A DNA stretch of 64,000 nt from a virus. The DNA lies in the IMG/VR virus record IMGVR_UViG_3300024259_000012. One strand, written 5' to 3'. The notes beneath the pieces were generated by a model. The model was given only the letters and a program-made list of their open reading frames with translations. It searched no databases and was not told where the DNA came from. Position 1 is the stretch's first letter. Every line of letters begins with the position of its first letter. The translations under genes were made by a program, and so were the position numbers. Below are positions 29,428 through 39,620 of the stretch, one piece after another.

Positions 29428-30992
29428 TTGACCAACCATTGCTCATCATTGAACACGTTGAATGGATACCCTTTATGGCTTTCCAACTCAAAGAATTCAT
29501 GGATAGCTTCCCAATCTGAAACATCTCGGGGCGTGTTGTCAATATGCTTGCGTGAAAAATAGAAGCGGGGTTCTAAGAAATTATATCCAAGTGCGTTGCC
29601 GCTGAAATCAGAAATGGCTTCCTCATCGGTCGTGCATCCGAACTGCTTAAATTTATCATAATCCTTTGGAAACACCTCAATACCTCTACCAATTTTAAAT
29701 CCCTCCGGCCCTCGCTTTAATGCTTCTCTCAATTTATCAGTTATGATAATATCCAAGTCATCATTTTTGCGAATACCCATGAGTGCTAAAATACCACTTT
29801 GGCACACGGTGTATTCACTGCGTGGAATTCCAAGTTGGTCAATCTCCTTTAGTCTGTCAACATGAAGTATCGGATTTTCTATTCTGATTTTACCATCCTT
29901 GAATGGCGTGTCATACACATTCTCTCGCTTCATGTAAAATGGAATATATTTCTTACCCTCTGTGAGTCTGCCAATCATTGCACATGCCCTGTGATATCCA
30001 TGCTTGACTATACCATTTTCAAAATCAACCGGATTCTCTTTCAAAAACTGAGCAATCTCTTCGTCTGACATTTCCTCAAGTGATGCGTAATATTCCTCTG
30101 ACATGTTTTCCCAACCATGCTTGTGATGGTCTGCCACATTCTTTCTGAAGCCACCTCGCATAGCATTGTAGTATTGCCAAACCTGCGGGGTCAACATATT
30201 GCCGACTCCCATCTCCCCAGTCCAAAATTTAACCACTTCTTCAACGGTTCCTAAGCGACCTTCGGGGCGTTCATCTTGAGTTATAATCTCTTTCCCACCG
30301 CCACCTTTTGCAAGCTCCATTCCTAAGAAATACTCAAGACTAATTGGCACATATTCATCAGACCCATTGATGGTGTCATAAAATAAATTTTGACTCACTT
30401 GTTTATCAATAGCTTTAATGTGCATCATACACCATTCTTCCTCAGCGGGCAGTCTTCCGATAACCTTCGCTCCGGTAATAAATTCATGCACTTTGTTTTT
30501 CCATTTGATGTGAGGGGCATTGCGATAGATGCGGGCTTGATAGTCGGGGAAATTCACCCAACCACTGTCATTAACTTTCCAACCCCATTTAGTGATGTGT
30601 TCCTGTCTAAGACCATTTACAATATTTATGCGTGGAACCCAAATCATGTCAACTTCCGTATTGCCCGACATAACGCCGTGTAAATTTTCAATCAAATCCG
30701 GTTGGAAATATTCATCAGCGTCCACGTTCACAATATATTCACCGATACACTTAGAATTTGCAAAATTCTTTTGGCTTGCAAAGTCTTTATTTAAGTGACG
30801 TTTGAATATCTGAACCGTGTCCAAGGTTGCATAGTGTTCTAATATATTGAGGGTTTTCTCATCGGTGCTGTAATCATCAACGATAATTATTTCATGTTTA
30901 TACAGCGGGGATGACACAGTTGTAATTTGGTTTAATAATTTTTCAAGTACATTACCTTCGTTATGCACCAATATACTAAATGAAATGTCCAT
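29418..30992 (-). CDS. GT2 glycosyltransferase fused to ParB/Srx-like and minimal nucleotidyltransferase-like domains
   Basis: VDDYSTD, VDADE, PDYQARIY; HGYHR; SGILALMGIRKNDDLD. Confidence 0.75.
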   Translation of the reverse strand: MDISFSILVHNEGNVLEKLLNQITTVSSPLYKHEIIIVDDYSTDEKTLNILEHYATLDTVQIFKRHLNKDFASQKNFANSKCIGEYIVNVDADEYFQPDLIENLHGVMSGNTEVDMIWVPRINIVNGLRQEHITKWGWKVNDSGWVNFPDYQARIYRNAPHIKWKNKVHEFITGAKVIGRLPAEEEWCMMHIKAIDKQVSQNLFYDTINGSDEYVPISLEYFLGMELAKGGGGKEIITQDERPEGRLGTVEEVVKFWTGEMGVGNMLTPQVWQYYNAMRGGFRKNVADHHKHGWENMSEEYYASLEEMSDEEIAQFLKENPVDFENGIVKHGYHRACAMIGRLTEGKKYIPFYMKRENVYDTPFKDGKIRIENPILHVDRLKEIDQLGIPRSEYTVCQSGILALMGIRKNDDLDIIITDKLREALKRGPEGFKIGRGIEVFPKDYDKFKQFGCTTDEEAISDFSGNALGYNFLEPRFYFSRKHIDNTPRDVSDWEAIHEFFELESHKGYPFNVFNDEQWLVKCQ

Positions 30993-30995
30993 TTC

Positions 30996-31460
30996 CTAAT
31001 CCTTTATTATTTTTTTACCAACGAAACGTGGTGGATAATCATATGCAACCAAATAGATTGCGTTCATTTTCAATACGTCTGTATCAAATTTTCGGTAGAT
31101 GTCCGTGCCTGCAAGTTTTGGGCTTAACTGTGGGTATGAATTTTTGATATTCCCGATTACGATATGTTGGTATTCTAAATTCTCGTGTTCCGACAGAATC
31201 GTTCCCCTAAAGTGATTCAGCATTCTATTGAGCTTCGGTCCCCGAATCTTCGGCTTACGACTCTCTTCCAACTGCAATGCATGAATTACTTTCATGCGGG
31301 TTCCATCTTTTTTTCGTGTCCATGATAGTGAATCCAATGGATGTGTCAGCACCAATACGGTTCGTATCCTCTTGCGCTTGTCACGACCATACATAAATTG
31401 TATAGTCATTCCTGGCTCAATTTGGTTCATGTTTATTTTAACTCTTTTTTCCCTTGGCAT
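30996..31460 (-). CDS. hypothetical basic protein
   Basis: ORF in operon. Confidence 0.65.
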   Translation of the reverse strand: MPREKRVKINMNQIEPGMTIQFMYGRDKRKRIRTVLVLTHPLDSLSWTRKKDGTRMKVIHALQLEESRKPKIRGPKLNRMLNHFRGTILSEHENLEYQHIVIGNIKNSYPQLSPKLAGTDIYRKFDTDVLKMNAIYLVAYDYPPRFVGKKIIKD

Positions 31461-31930
31461 TACATATCCTTAGCTATGCCCATATCTCTTAAGGCATCTA
31501 AAAAGTTGAATTGCTCATATACAGCGGCGGATTCCAAGTCCAAAAAGCTGGTGTGGAATTTACCTTCTTCACCCTCTACTGGATATTTCTCTTCATCACC
31601 TTCAGGAACCGGATTTACCTTTGCGTATTTCCAATTCCAACTGTTCATGGCACCCTCGGGAAATATGATTCCCAGTTTTCCCATATTGATAACACTTGGA
31701 TACCAATATATCTCTCGCTCGGAATCAAAAATTTCCAAGTCATTTACTATTTTGGCAGTTGTCTCTTTGTGCTGTGCCAAATGTTTTGAACCGTCAGTGA
31801 AATATGAATTGCTCGTATATCCACAGTTGATACACAAATACGATTTCATGGTATTTCCGTCACCCTCAAGGATGTCCTCAAAACACTTGTCTTGGTTAAA
31901 ACATATCGGGCAGTCTATTACTCTTTCCAT
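31460..31930 (-). CDS. Zn-finger hypothetical protein
   Basis: CPIC...CINC; AAGGA SD before ATG 31930. Confidence 0.7.
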   Translation of the reverse strand: MERVIDCPICFNQDKCFEDILEGDGNTMKSYLCINCGYTSNSYFTDGSKHLAQHKETTAKIVNDLEIFDSEREIYWYPSVINMGKLGIIFPEGAMNSWNWKYAKVNPVPEGDEEKYPVEGEEGKFHTSFLDLESAAVYEQFNFLDALRDMGIAKDM

Positions 31931-31932
31931 AA

Positions 31933-32577
31933 TTATTCCTTTATTTCTATAAATTGACACCTAAGATGTTCAATTATTTCTTGCTTTCTACGCTTATCCC
32001 GTTCCACTTGATTTTGGTGAAAGGGTTCGTAGTATTCCAATACTATATTTTTCTCTTTGCTATAACCATCAACCCAATATCCCAACTCTTTAATATGAAA
32101 CTCACCACCATTTTCGGCGTGCTGTAAGTCTGTTATTCCAAGCTCTATTGCCATTGACTCAAGTATTGGAATTGCCTTGGGATTGTAGTTTGGAAATATT
32201 TGGCCTTCTCTTTTTTCAATCCTCGCTATGGCACTTATTCGCTGTCTGCGTTTGGACTCATTTAAGTATTCAGTGCCGTTGTTCCGTCTGGTATCTCATA
32301 TCTTTGCAACGCTATCCGGATTATTCATTGGATTTCATTTTAGCATTCGCTCCCTCTTCTTCTGGCGAGTCTCGTCGCTTTCTGTAAACCCAAATTTACT
32401 ATGTGCATCTCCAAACTTACCATACATTGGATGTTTGGTTTTATCTTCTAATAGCTTCCTTCGCCCACAACTTTTACATCGCAATCTATTCATTTTAATA
32501 GCCCGATTCATTATATACTTGGAGCCGAATTCTCTATCGGCTCCACAGTCAATGCATTGCAATTTATATATGTCCAC
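31933..32577 (-). CDS. free-standing homing endonuclease (Zn ribbon, NUMOD3-like segment, Vsr-like nuclease), 2 TGA=Trp
   Basis: CIDC/CKSC, HPMYGK, SDETRQK; PNYNPKA, HAENGGE, YWVDGY, LEYYEPFH; TGA at 32335 and 32296. Confidence 0.75.
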
Positions 32578-32601
32578 TTTACTTCTCCTGTTAGATTCAT
32601 A

Positions 32602-32613
32602 TATAAATAGCAC
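32602..32613 (-). promoter_or_regulatory. GTGCTATTTATA promoter motif
   Basis: Identical 12-mer at 8857 and 14008. Confidence 0.6.
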
Positions 32614-32624
32614 ATAATTAAATT

Positions 32625-33983
32625 TTACACCTTTTTAAGTTTGGGTAAAACTTTCTTTTGCGGCACACCTTTTAACTTTGGAAGCTTTAGGTCAGGTATT
32701 GCGCCTTTCTTTTTCAACTTGGGTAGTGCCAGTGGAGCCTCGTGCGTAAACTCTGGGAGATGCTTGTCCAAAATAGCCTCAAAAGCTTTAGTCATTGCAT
32801 CCAATGAAAACCGGCTCTTGGTTATATTGGCGAACGTCTTGAGATTTTTATTATATTTGCCATAGTTCTTATGTATGTCTTTCAACACATTTTTAGCAAA
32901 TCCATAGTTCACAGTATACCATTGCGCCCCATCAACAACCAATCCTTTTTGAAGGCTGTCCTTTGGAACGTCTGTCATTGCTCCTGGTAATAGCGTGACA
33001 AATTTTGAATTTAGGAAATCCACATGCCCACTCCAATTTGGAGCTACAATTGGTTTTTCACTAAAGATTGCTTCTGCCAATGGACGACCATATCCTTCAC
33101 CGTGTGTGAATGAAATATGAGCCTTTACCTTTGGTTGGTTATACAGGTCATTCATTTCTTCATCCGTGAAGTCTCCATGTATCAAGTAAACATTTGGTAG
33201 GGTTGTAGCTTCTACCGTGTTTTTGATTTGCTCAATTTTTGTCAACAAATCTTCACGGTCTAAAATGGAGAACCCTGCGCCGCTTGTTTTCATCAACAAT
33301 GCCGGTGCCTTGGTTTGATTCTTGAACGTTTCCAAGAATGTCTTAACCATCATGCCGGTGTCCTTTCGGTCACGACCCATTCCACCTTGCAACCAATGAC
33401 CCACGTATAAAAATACAAATGACTCTTTTATTGCAGACAATTCCTTTTTCAACGCCACGTCATGCTTGACAACCTTCTTATAAATGTTGGTGTCTGCGCC
33501 TTCAAATAGAACTTCCATTGGCTTATTCAATTTATGCTCACTCAATATTTTGTCGGTGTTATTCTTATCACGCTCTTGAATTACAATAGACTCAAACATA
33601 TTCTTACCGAACTTGGACGGGACGATATTCAGATTCATTCGGTTGAGTCCTGCTATCCAATCTGCGGGGCATAGGGTTGTTTCCAGCCCAGCCGTTATAC
33701 CTATGTTATATGTTCCCATTGGTCTAAATTCGTTTGGAACCGACATTTGAATAAATACATCGGGCAGTCTTTCAATCACACCATCCAAAACCAAGCTGTC
33801 AATTATCTGCTTGTCGGTTTCCGGATTTAATGCATCTCGGGCGGTTGTGCCTCAAGGCATTGGCAAGATTTTAATATCAAATTTGTCCATATCAAATAGA
33901 GACCTTGCGATATCACGCATGTGGTTTCCATATCCGGAGCGGGTTTCAATTGGACCCATAAGTGCTACAAATGTTCGCTTCAT
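32625..33983 (-). CDS. GT4-family glycosyltransferase, TGA=Trp at codon 44
   Basis: TRSGYG, P(TGA 33852)GTT, GEGYGRPLAEA. Confidence 0.85.
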
Positions 33984-33984
33984 A

Positions 33985-35586
33985 TTATGCTCCCTTTCTA
34001 TTGGGTATCGTTATGTTACCCTCAACTATGTCTTTTGTGGTCTGTAATCCGGCGTTCATTGATTTATGTGGCTTTGGGATTTCAAACAATTTATATCGCT
34101 GTCTTGGTTTCCAAGTTTTGAATGTGGTATCCATGTCTTTCAAAAACCGAGAACACATTTCTGTGGCGGTCATACCCACTTCGGGAATTTGTACAAATTC
34201 ATGCCCCTTCATTCCGGCTTCGGCTCTGTCTTCGGGTGACGTGTTATACCATTCCAACATTCTAATTGCAATGTCTTGCCAATCACACCTATCATCGGCA
34301 ATATATGGAGTTGGAACCGAACCAACTATACTCCGTGTCAATGGCCATACGGGCTTTGCCCACTCACCATGCTTGGTGTATTTTGCATCATGGTTGGAAC
34401 CCCAATTGCCCTCGTAATCGTTTGCTGTTAAATATTCCCCCTTATCAGTTTTGAATCCCATTTGGTCTTGCATTCCACCGGTGGTGTTTGCAATTATCGG
34501 GACGCCTGCGGACAATGATTCTGCAAGTGCCAATCCAAACCCTTCATTTGAACTTGCCATGGCTGTAACGTCCGCCATGTTGTACAAATAATTCAACTGT
34601 GCAGTGTGCAATTTATTTGCTGAAAATAGCACATTGTAGTCAGGACACAACTCTGCAATAACTGCAGGTAAATCTGTTCCATTCTCATCTACCGGTGTGG
34701 TATGTAGCAACAACACACATTTGTCAGCTTCCTCTTTGGATAGCGTATCACAAAATGTCTTGTATGCATAAATTAAGTCAGTAGTCATTTTCCTACGGAT
34801 ATTTCTACTGTTGTAAAATATAATAAACTCAGGCTTTGCGTCACCCAACATCTGCTTCTTAAACTCCGAGTATTTGTCCCACTCAGGATGCAATGCATCA
34901 ATGGGGTAAAATTCGTCTTGATTAATACCATGCGGCACATAGCTAACATTTACAGTTTCACCCGACCGCTTGGTGGAAACTTCACCGTGCATCAAATCAA
35001 TAACTTCAACGGCGGTGTTGTCTGCCAAAACCTTTTTATGGATGTAATGAGACTGCTTTGAAATGCCCATGATTAGGTCACAGCTTTCATAAAATCTTGC
35101 ATTGTAACTTGGCGTTGGGATGTCATCCCAAATAGCATAATAAAAAATTGGAATGTGCTGTCTAATCTCGTGCTCCATCTGATACAACCAACCCCAAAAT
35201 CTTGGGTCTGTGTAGTGAAGAATAGCGTCCGGCTTTGGGTCGTAATTTGACAAAATTTCTCTTACGAGTTGTGGGTTGCCGTATCCACTAACTGGAAATA
35301 TTTTAACATCACAATCTGGGACGCCCGTTTCATCGCCCATTGATTCTGATATGTCCATGACCTTACCGGCATCGGGGTGATTGATTGCACCACCAACTTG
35401 AATTATGTTATATTGATGTACAATGCCCATTACAATTTCACGGGTCATTGTACCGATTCCGCTATGCATTCTTAAATCATCTGCTAAGACTAATAATGTT
35501 TGGCGTTCGGATTTTGGCAACACCGGATATCCGTTTCGCATTGCTCCGATTTCAAATTTTGCTATATTATTCACTTTCTTTACCAT
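33985..35586 (-). CDS. GT4-family glycosyltransferase
   Basis: DDLRMHSGIG, SRNIRRK, NEGFGLALAESL. Confidence 0.9.
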   Translation of the reverse strand: MVKKVNNIAKFEIGAMRNGYPVLPKSERQTLLVLADDLRMHSGIGTMTREIVMGIVHQYNIIQVGGAINHPDAGKVMDISESMGDETGVPDCDVKIFPVSGYGNPQLVREILSNYDPKPDAILHYTDPRFWGWLYQMEHEIRQHIPIFYYAIWDDIPTPSYNARFYESCDLIMGISKQSHYIHKKVLADNTAVEVIDLMHGEVSTKRSGETVNVSYVPHGINQDEFYPIDALHPEWDKYSEFKKQMLGDAKPEFIIFYNSRNIRRKMTTDLIYAYKTFCDTLSKEEADKCVLLLHTTPVDENGTDLPAVIAELCPDYNVLFSANKLHTAQLNYLYNMADVTAMASSNEGFGLALAESLSAGVPIIANTTGGMQDQMGFKTDKGEYLTANDYEGNWGSNHDAKYTKHGEWAKPVWPLTRSIVGSVPTPYIADDRCDWQDIAIRMLEWYNTSPEDRAEAGMKGHEFVQIPEVGMTATEMCSRFLKDMDTTFKTWKPRQRYKLFEIPKPHKSMNAGLQTTKDIVEGNITIPNRKGA

Positions 35587-35750
35587 TCCATGCTCCCTGT
35601 AATTTCTGCATATTTTTCATTAATCAATTCCACAACCGCTTCTCGCACGGATACTATTTTTTGCCTATCTTTACTGTAGTGTGCCAAAATCTTCAAGAAC
35701 TTATTATACTCAACGTCTTGCAAATCAAATGGCGAAATTTTCTTACTCAT
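35580..35750 (-). CDS. 56-aa hypothetical protein, possibly ribbon-helix-helix
   Basis: MSKKISPFDLQDVEYNKFLKIL...SVREAVVELI; GGAG SD; TATTTAT motif at 35784. Confidence 0.55.
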   Translation of the reverse strand: MSKKISPFDLQDVEYNKFLKILAHYSKDRQKIVSVREAVVELINEKYAEITGSMEW

Positions 35751-35816
35751 ATTTTCTCCAATCTATATTCTTTATATTACACATATAAATAGTATAAAAC
35801 TTAAAAATATGACCAA

Positions 35817-36011
35817 TTAAAATTTAGAATCATCTTCATCTGGTACTGGCTGTGACAGCAACTCCTCCCGAAATGCCGCATCGTGAACGAATTTATGTAA
35901 TGTTCTATTTACCAGCTTCTGAAGCGTAAAATCATTGGTAATTGATTGTATCTTGAATTTCCGATAACAACCATCAAGAACTTTTACTGTGGTTAATTTT
36001 GTCTTATCCAT
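35817..36011 (-). CDS. small ribbon-helix-helix-like protein
   Basis: LTTVKV...YRKFK...TLQKLVNRTL. Confidence 0.6.
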   Translation of the reverse strand: MDKTKLTTVKVLDGCYRKFKIQSITNDFTLQKLVNRTLHKFVHDAAFREELLSQPVPDEDDSKF

Positions 36012-36021
36012 ACTACCCTTT

Positions 36022-36432
36022 CTAATCAAACACAAGAGTCTTTTTATTTGATTTTTCAGCACACTCTAAAGCGTGTGCGGTTCCGGAAGTAACCTCTCCG
36101 TTGGTGACAAATGCTAATACAATGTCACTGTATTCCACAAGCTGTTTATTGCGAGTGAAAAAATATCGTACATGGTATGGTTTCCCATACTTTGTGTGCT
36201 CCAAGATGCAATGCTGATTCCATTGAAAATGAGCAGGTGGAAACTCAACATATTTCATGTTCAAGTCCAGTGCGGCTTTCTTTGCAATCCCATCTGCACC
36301 CTTTGGTTGACCGCCGCTTACAATTTCAACCTCTGCGCCATACTTATTCTTAAGCTTGTATAGCATGTCTTTAATTTTTCGACGATTATCATACGTGCGA
36401 CTGCCAACAAATGCAACTTTAAGCATAATCAT
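36022..36432 (-). CDS. SLOG-family (DUF2493/YspA-like) protein
   Basis: FVGSR, IVSGG..GAD, RNKQLVEYSD, SGT. Confidence 0.8.
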   Translation of the reverse strand: MIMLKVAFVGSRTYDNRRKIKDMLYKLKNKYGAEVEIVSGGQPKGADGIAKKAALDLNMKYVEFPPAHFQWNQHCILEHTKYGKPYHVRYFFTRNKQLVEYSDIVLAFVTNGEVTSGTAHALECAEKSNKKTLVFD

Positions 36433-36841
36433 TCCTCTTCTGCTTTCTAACTGTTTTGTCAGAATAACAAAATGTTACAGCGTGAGCAAACTTATCCAAC
36501 CCCGTATGAATTCCCTCTATTACGTTACCGGTGAACACATATTCAAAATTATAATGCAACTTTGGATTTGTGTATTTTTGACCAACAATGTTGAAAAATA
36601 TAGACTCATTAAATTTAACGGTATCGGTTGCAACCACCCGAGTTTTATTTTTTAGCCGTGATTCCCACGTCTTCAAAAAATCACCAACACGAGTCGCAGA
36701 AAGGTGACCTTCAGGATACCACAACAATAATTCAAATGCCATTGGCAACGATACATGCAAATCACAAATTTTCAACATGATATCATCCTCGGCAGTCGTG
36801 CCTATAAAGTCTGACAATTTCAAACGTAGTTTAAGTGACAT
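36419..36841 (-). CDS. hypothetical protein
   Basis: ORF in operon. Confidence 0.7.
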   Translation of the reverse strand: MSLKLRLKLSDFIGTTAEDDIMLKICDLHVSLPMAFELLLWYPEGHLSATRVGDFLKTWESRLKNKTRVVATDTVKFNESIFFNIVGQKYTNPKLHYNFEYVFTGNVIEGIHTGLDKFAHAVTFCYSDKTVRKQKRNDYA

Positions 36842-36843
36842 AA

Positions 36844-37734
36844 TTACTCCTTCAATCTATCAATTGGGTCGCAGTGTTCTGGTTGGTCAGCGAATTCACA
36901 CCAGCGACAATTCTTTTTATTTTTACCGGCGACTGCGATATAATTTCGCTCAGTTTTATATGCTCCACTTTCATCAAATGCCGCATCCAAAAATGCTTCA
37001 AAGGTTCGCAATACTTTACCAATTGACGGCTTTCCGCTTGCCGGTTTTACCTTTTGGAAACGCTTTTGATAGTAGTCAACATTTTCATACAATTTGCGCT
37101 TCACTATTAAGAATTCAACCTCGATATCTTTCAACTCTACTTCATATAATTTTGAATAAAAATGCTTGTATAGCAACAATTGATTTGTCTTGCCCTTGTC
37201 GGCCTTCTGCCATTTATTCCAACCATTGGTTGAGGTTTTCAAGTCCATTATTTTGATTGTGTTTGTTGCCTCATTTAATATAACAACATCCAAATACCCG
37301 ATGAAATTCAGACCATCATTGATGGGGTCACTCAGAGATTTTTCGATGCCAAGCAATCTGTGATTCTTTTTTGGGAAATATTCATTTTGATGGGAAACCA
37401 AATAATTCAATATTTTTTCACCATCATAGAAAAACTCCAACATCTCCTCTTTGGTTGCTGGGAATGTACCCTGCTTTTCATATGCACTTGTGAACCGCTT
37501 TTTCATATCGGTCTCCAACATTTCCATAAGTGGAAGCTCATTGGCCTCTCGCACTGTGGACGCATATAGAGTTTTCAAATATGACTGTATCACATTATGC
37601 ATGGCGATTCCAAATATAAGATGAATACTTGATTCTCGCTTTGCTAATTTATCTATGTACGATAATTTCCATTGTCTTGGACACGCATCATACATTGATA
37701 ACTGTGACCATGATACTACTTTTTTACGTGGCAC
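36844..37734 (-). CDS. PD-(D/E)xK RecB/Cas4-like exonuclease
   Basis: SWSQL..Y..CP, G.AMH, E, GYLD, IMDLKTS, QLLLY, CRWCEF....C. Confidence 0.85.
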   Translation of the reverse strand: MPRKKVVSWSQLSMYDACPRQWKLSYIDKLAKRESSIHLIFGIAMHNVIQSYLKTLYASTVREANELPLMEMLETDMKKRFTSAYEKQGTFPATKEEMLEFFYDGEKILNYLVSHQNEYFPKKNHRLLGIEKSLSDPINDGLNFIGYLDVVILNEATNTIKIMDLKTSTNGWNKWQKADKGKTNQLLLYKHFYSKLYEVELKDIEVEFLIVKRKLYENVDYYQKRFQKVKPASGKPSIGKVLRTFEAFLDAAFDESGAYKTERNYIAVAGKNKKNCRWCEFADQPEHCDPIDRLKE

Positions 37735-38341
37735 TTTGCCCTCCTATCGCATCAATCATACCGTATTTCAAGCATGTCTCTGCATCTAAATATAACTCCT
37801 TTGTTAAGCCATCAGTCCAAAACTTCTTGGTCTTTTTTGTATGCTTAACAAGCATTGTCAACATGGTGTCTCGAATCCACTGCATTTGAGTTGCTGTGCT
37901 TATCATGTCCGACGTTTTACCGTCCATGGCCGTGGCACCCTCGTGAATCAGCAATGTGGCATTTTTGCCCATGTAGCGTTTTCCAGTCAAACAGGTCAAT
38001 AACCATGCACCGGATGACATTGCCGCACCAAATGCAAACCCATTTACCTTTACTGGAAGTGAGTGAATATAATCAATCAAACTAAACAATGCATACGCCT
38101 CTCCACCATAAGATGATATGCGCAGGTTGATGTCCATTTCTGGGTTGTGCAACATTAGGAAATCCATACGAATCATTAACGCCTCAACGGTTTCCAATGT
38201 GAATTCACCAGAAAAATTTACGGTGTTGGTCACCAAATTAATAAAATAATCCAAATGCAATGCTGTTAAATCAATATGTGCTTCAATTGCGGTTGGGATG
38301 CCAGCATCTTCTTCTACTTTTTCTACTTTTTCTGTTGTCAT
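37724..38341 (-). CDS. clpP: ClpP-family serine protease
   Basis: ISSYGGE, AAMSSG (Ser), LIHE (His), YLDAETCLKYGMIDAI. Confidence 0.85.
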   Translation of the reverse strand: MTTEKVEKVEEDAGIPTAIEAHIDLTALHLDYFINLVTNTVNFSGEFTLETVEALMIRMDFLMLHNPEMDINLRISSYGGEAYALFSLIDYIHSLPVKVNGFAFGAAMSSGAWLLTCLTGKRYMGKNATLLIHEGATAMDGKTSDMISTATQMQWIRDTMLTMLVKHTKKTKKFWTDGLTKELYLDAETCLKYGMIDAIGGQSAT

Positions 38342-38343
38342 AT

Positions 38344-38520
38344 TTACAGTTTCAACTTTCTAATTTGTTTTGGGTCAACTCCACTTTTTATAAGAATCCC
38401 ACGAATTTCTTGTCTACCTTGTTCTGTCATCATATAAGCCTCTACATGCTGTAAGGCTTCTTCATCTGTTAAATTCCAATATCTTTGTATCGGCTCTACC
38501 ACCCATCTTGGATATCCCAT
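38344..38520 (-). CDS. 58-aa protein resembling the C-terminus of the clamp-loader small subunit
   Basis: EIRGILIKSGVDPKQIRK versus EIERIIGLYGLDDKQKKK in 38522-38956. Confidence 0.6.
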   Translation of the reverse strand: MGYPRWVVEPIQRYWNLTDEEALQHVEAYMMTEQGRQEIRGILIKSGVDPKQIRKLKL

Positions 38521-38521
38521 G

Positions 38522-38956
38522 TTAAAGCCCTTTCAAATATTTCTTTTTCTGTTTGTCATCAAGACCATATAAACCAATTATACGCTCTATTTCAGTTTTG
38601 TCCATCAATTCTATATATGCTCGGACATCCGACGTGCCCAATTCAAAGTATTTGCACAACAACTCAATCAATTCCGAACTGTAGTTTACCGATTTCTTAC
38701 CCTTTATATATTTGAGCCATATCCGGCTTTTTGGTAATACATCAATATAAAATGCATACATCAATTTAGGTGAAACGTCCAAGGTCTGCGCATAATTTAC
38801 AACACCTGCCCAATCCGGATTCATAGATAGAAATCTATGTACCATATAACTTGACCATGTTTTTTTATCACCATCTGTCAAGGTGTCCCAATAGTTGGGG
38901 TCTTGCGTTTGCGTTATAGCTGTTATGTGATTGAATAACGTTTTTATTTTAGTCAT
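38522..38956 (-). CDS. clamp loader small subunit (T4 gp62-like)
   Basis: WSSYMVHRFLSM, LPK..IWLKY; adjacent to the RFC ATPase. Confidence 0.75.
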   Translation of the reverse strand: MTKIKTLFNHITAITQTQDPNYWDTLTDGDKKTWSSYMVHRFLSMNPDWAGVVNYAQTLDVSPKLMYAFYIDVLPKSRIWLKYIKGKKSVNYSSELIELLCKYFELGTSDVRAYIELMDKTEIERIIGLYGLDDKQKKKYLKGL

Positions 38957-39620
38957 TATTCATCTCCCACGCTTTAAGTTCAATAAACTTACACCCATAT
39001 GTTTTCATAATTCACCGTTTTCTATTTTTGTCATATATACTATTACGTTGTTTTTTATGAAATGGTTCATAATATTCTATAACAACATTATTTTCTTTAT
39101 CATAACCATCAACAAAATACCCACCCAAAGTAACTTCTCCACCATTCATTGCATGTTGAAAGGTATAGCCATGTTTTTTGCCAAATTCATCAATAATTTT
39201 GCACGCTTTTGGGTTAAAACTTGGAACAATGGGAGCACCCATCTTTTCAACCTGTTTAGCTCATGCAAGTTGATGTTTTTTTCGTGTTTCATCACTTACT
39301 TTTCTACCAACCATCACATTTAATCAATTCTTATTTGTTGTATTTCTCTTGATTGACATACAACTTCTACACAAACTGTGTTTTCTATCGGCACGAAGCA
39401 ATGAATCTTTTAATTTATATGTAATAGTATTGTGACAAGATGGACATTCTCTTACCAATTTCTCAATGTGATATTTCACTGTAAATTTACCATCTTCTCT
39501 AATAACAGTTTTCCTGGAACAACTTCTACATAATTCAGAATTTGACCACTGCTCGGTAATAATGACATGGGCGCAGTTAGGACACACCCTCTCCCATTTC
39601 CCGTCGTTTCTTCTCTTCAT
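38949..39620 (-). CDS. free-standing homing endonuclease (2 Zn ribbons, NUMOD3-like segment, Vsr-like nuclease), 3 TGA=Trp
   Basis: CPNC/CRSC twice, SDETRKK, PSFNPKA, HAMNGGE, YFVDGY, IEYYEPFH; TGA at 39324, 39261 and 39012; paralogue of 31933-32577. Confidence 0.75.

Noticed and set aside
36844-37734. Cas4-like nuclease suggesting a CRISPR system
   Set aside because: No repeat-spacer array or other cas genes; stand-alone PD-(D/E)xK nucleases are common in phage replication modules.
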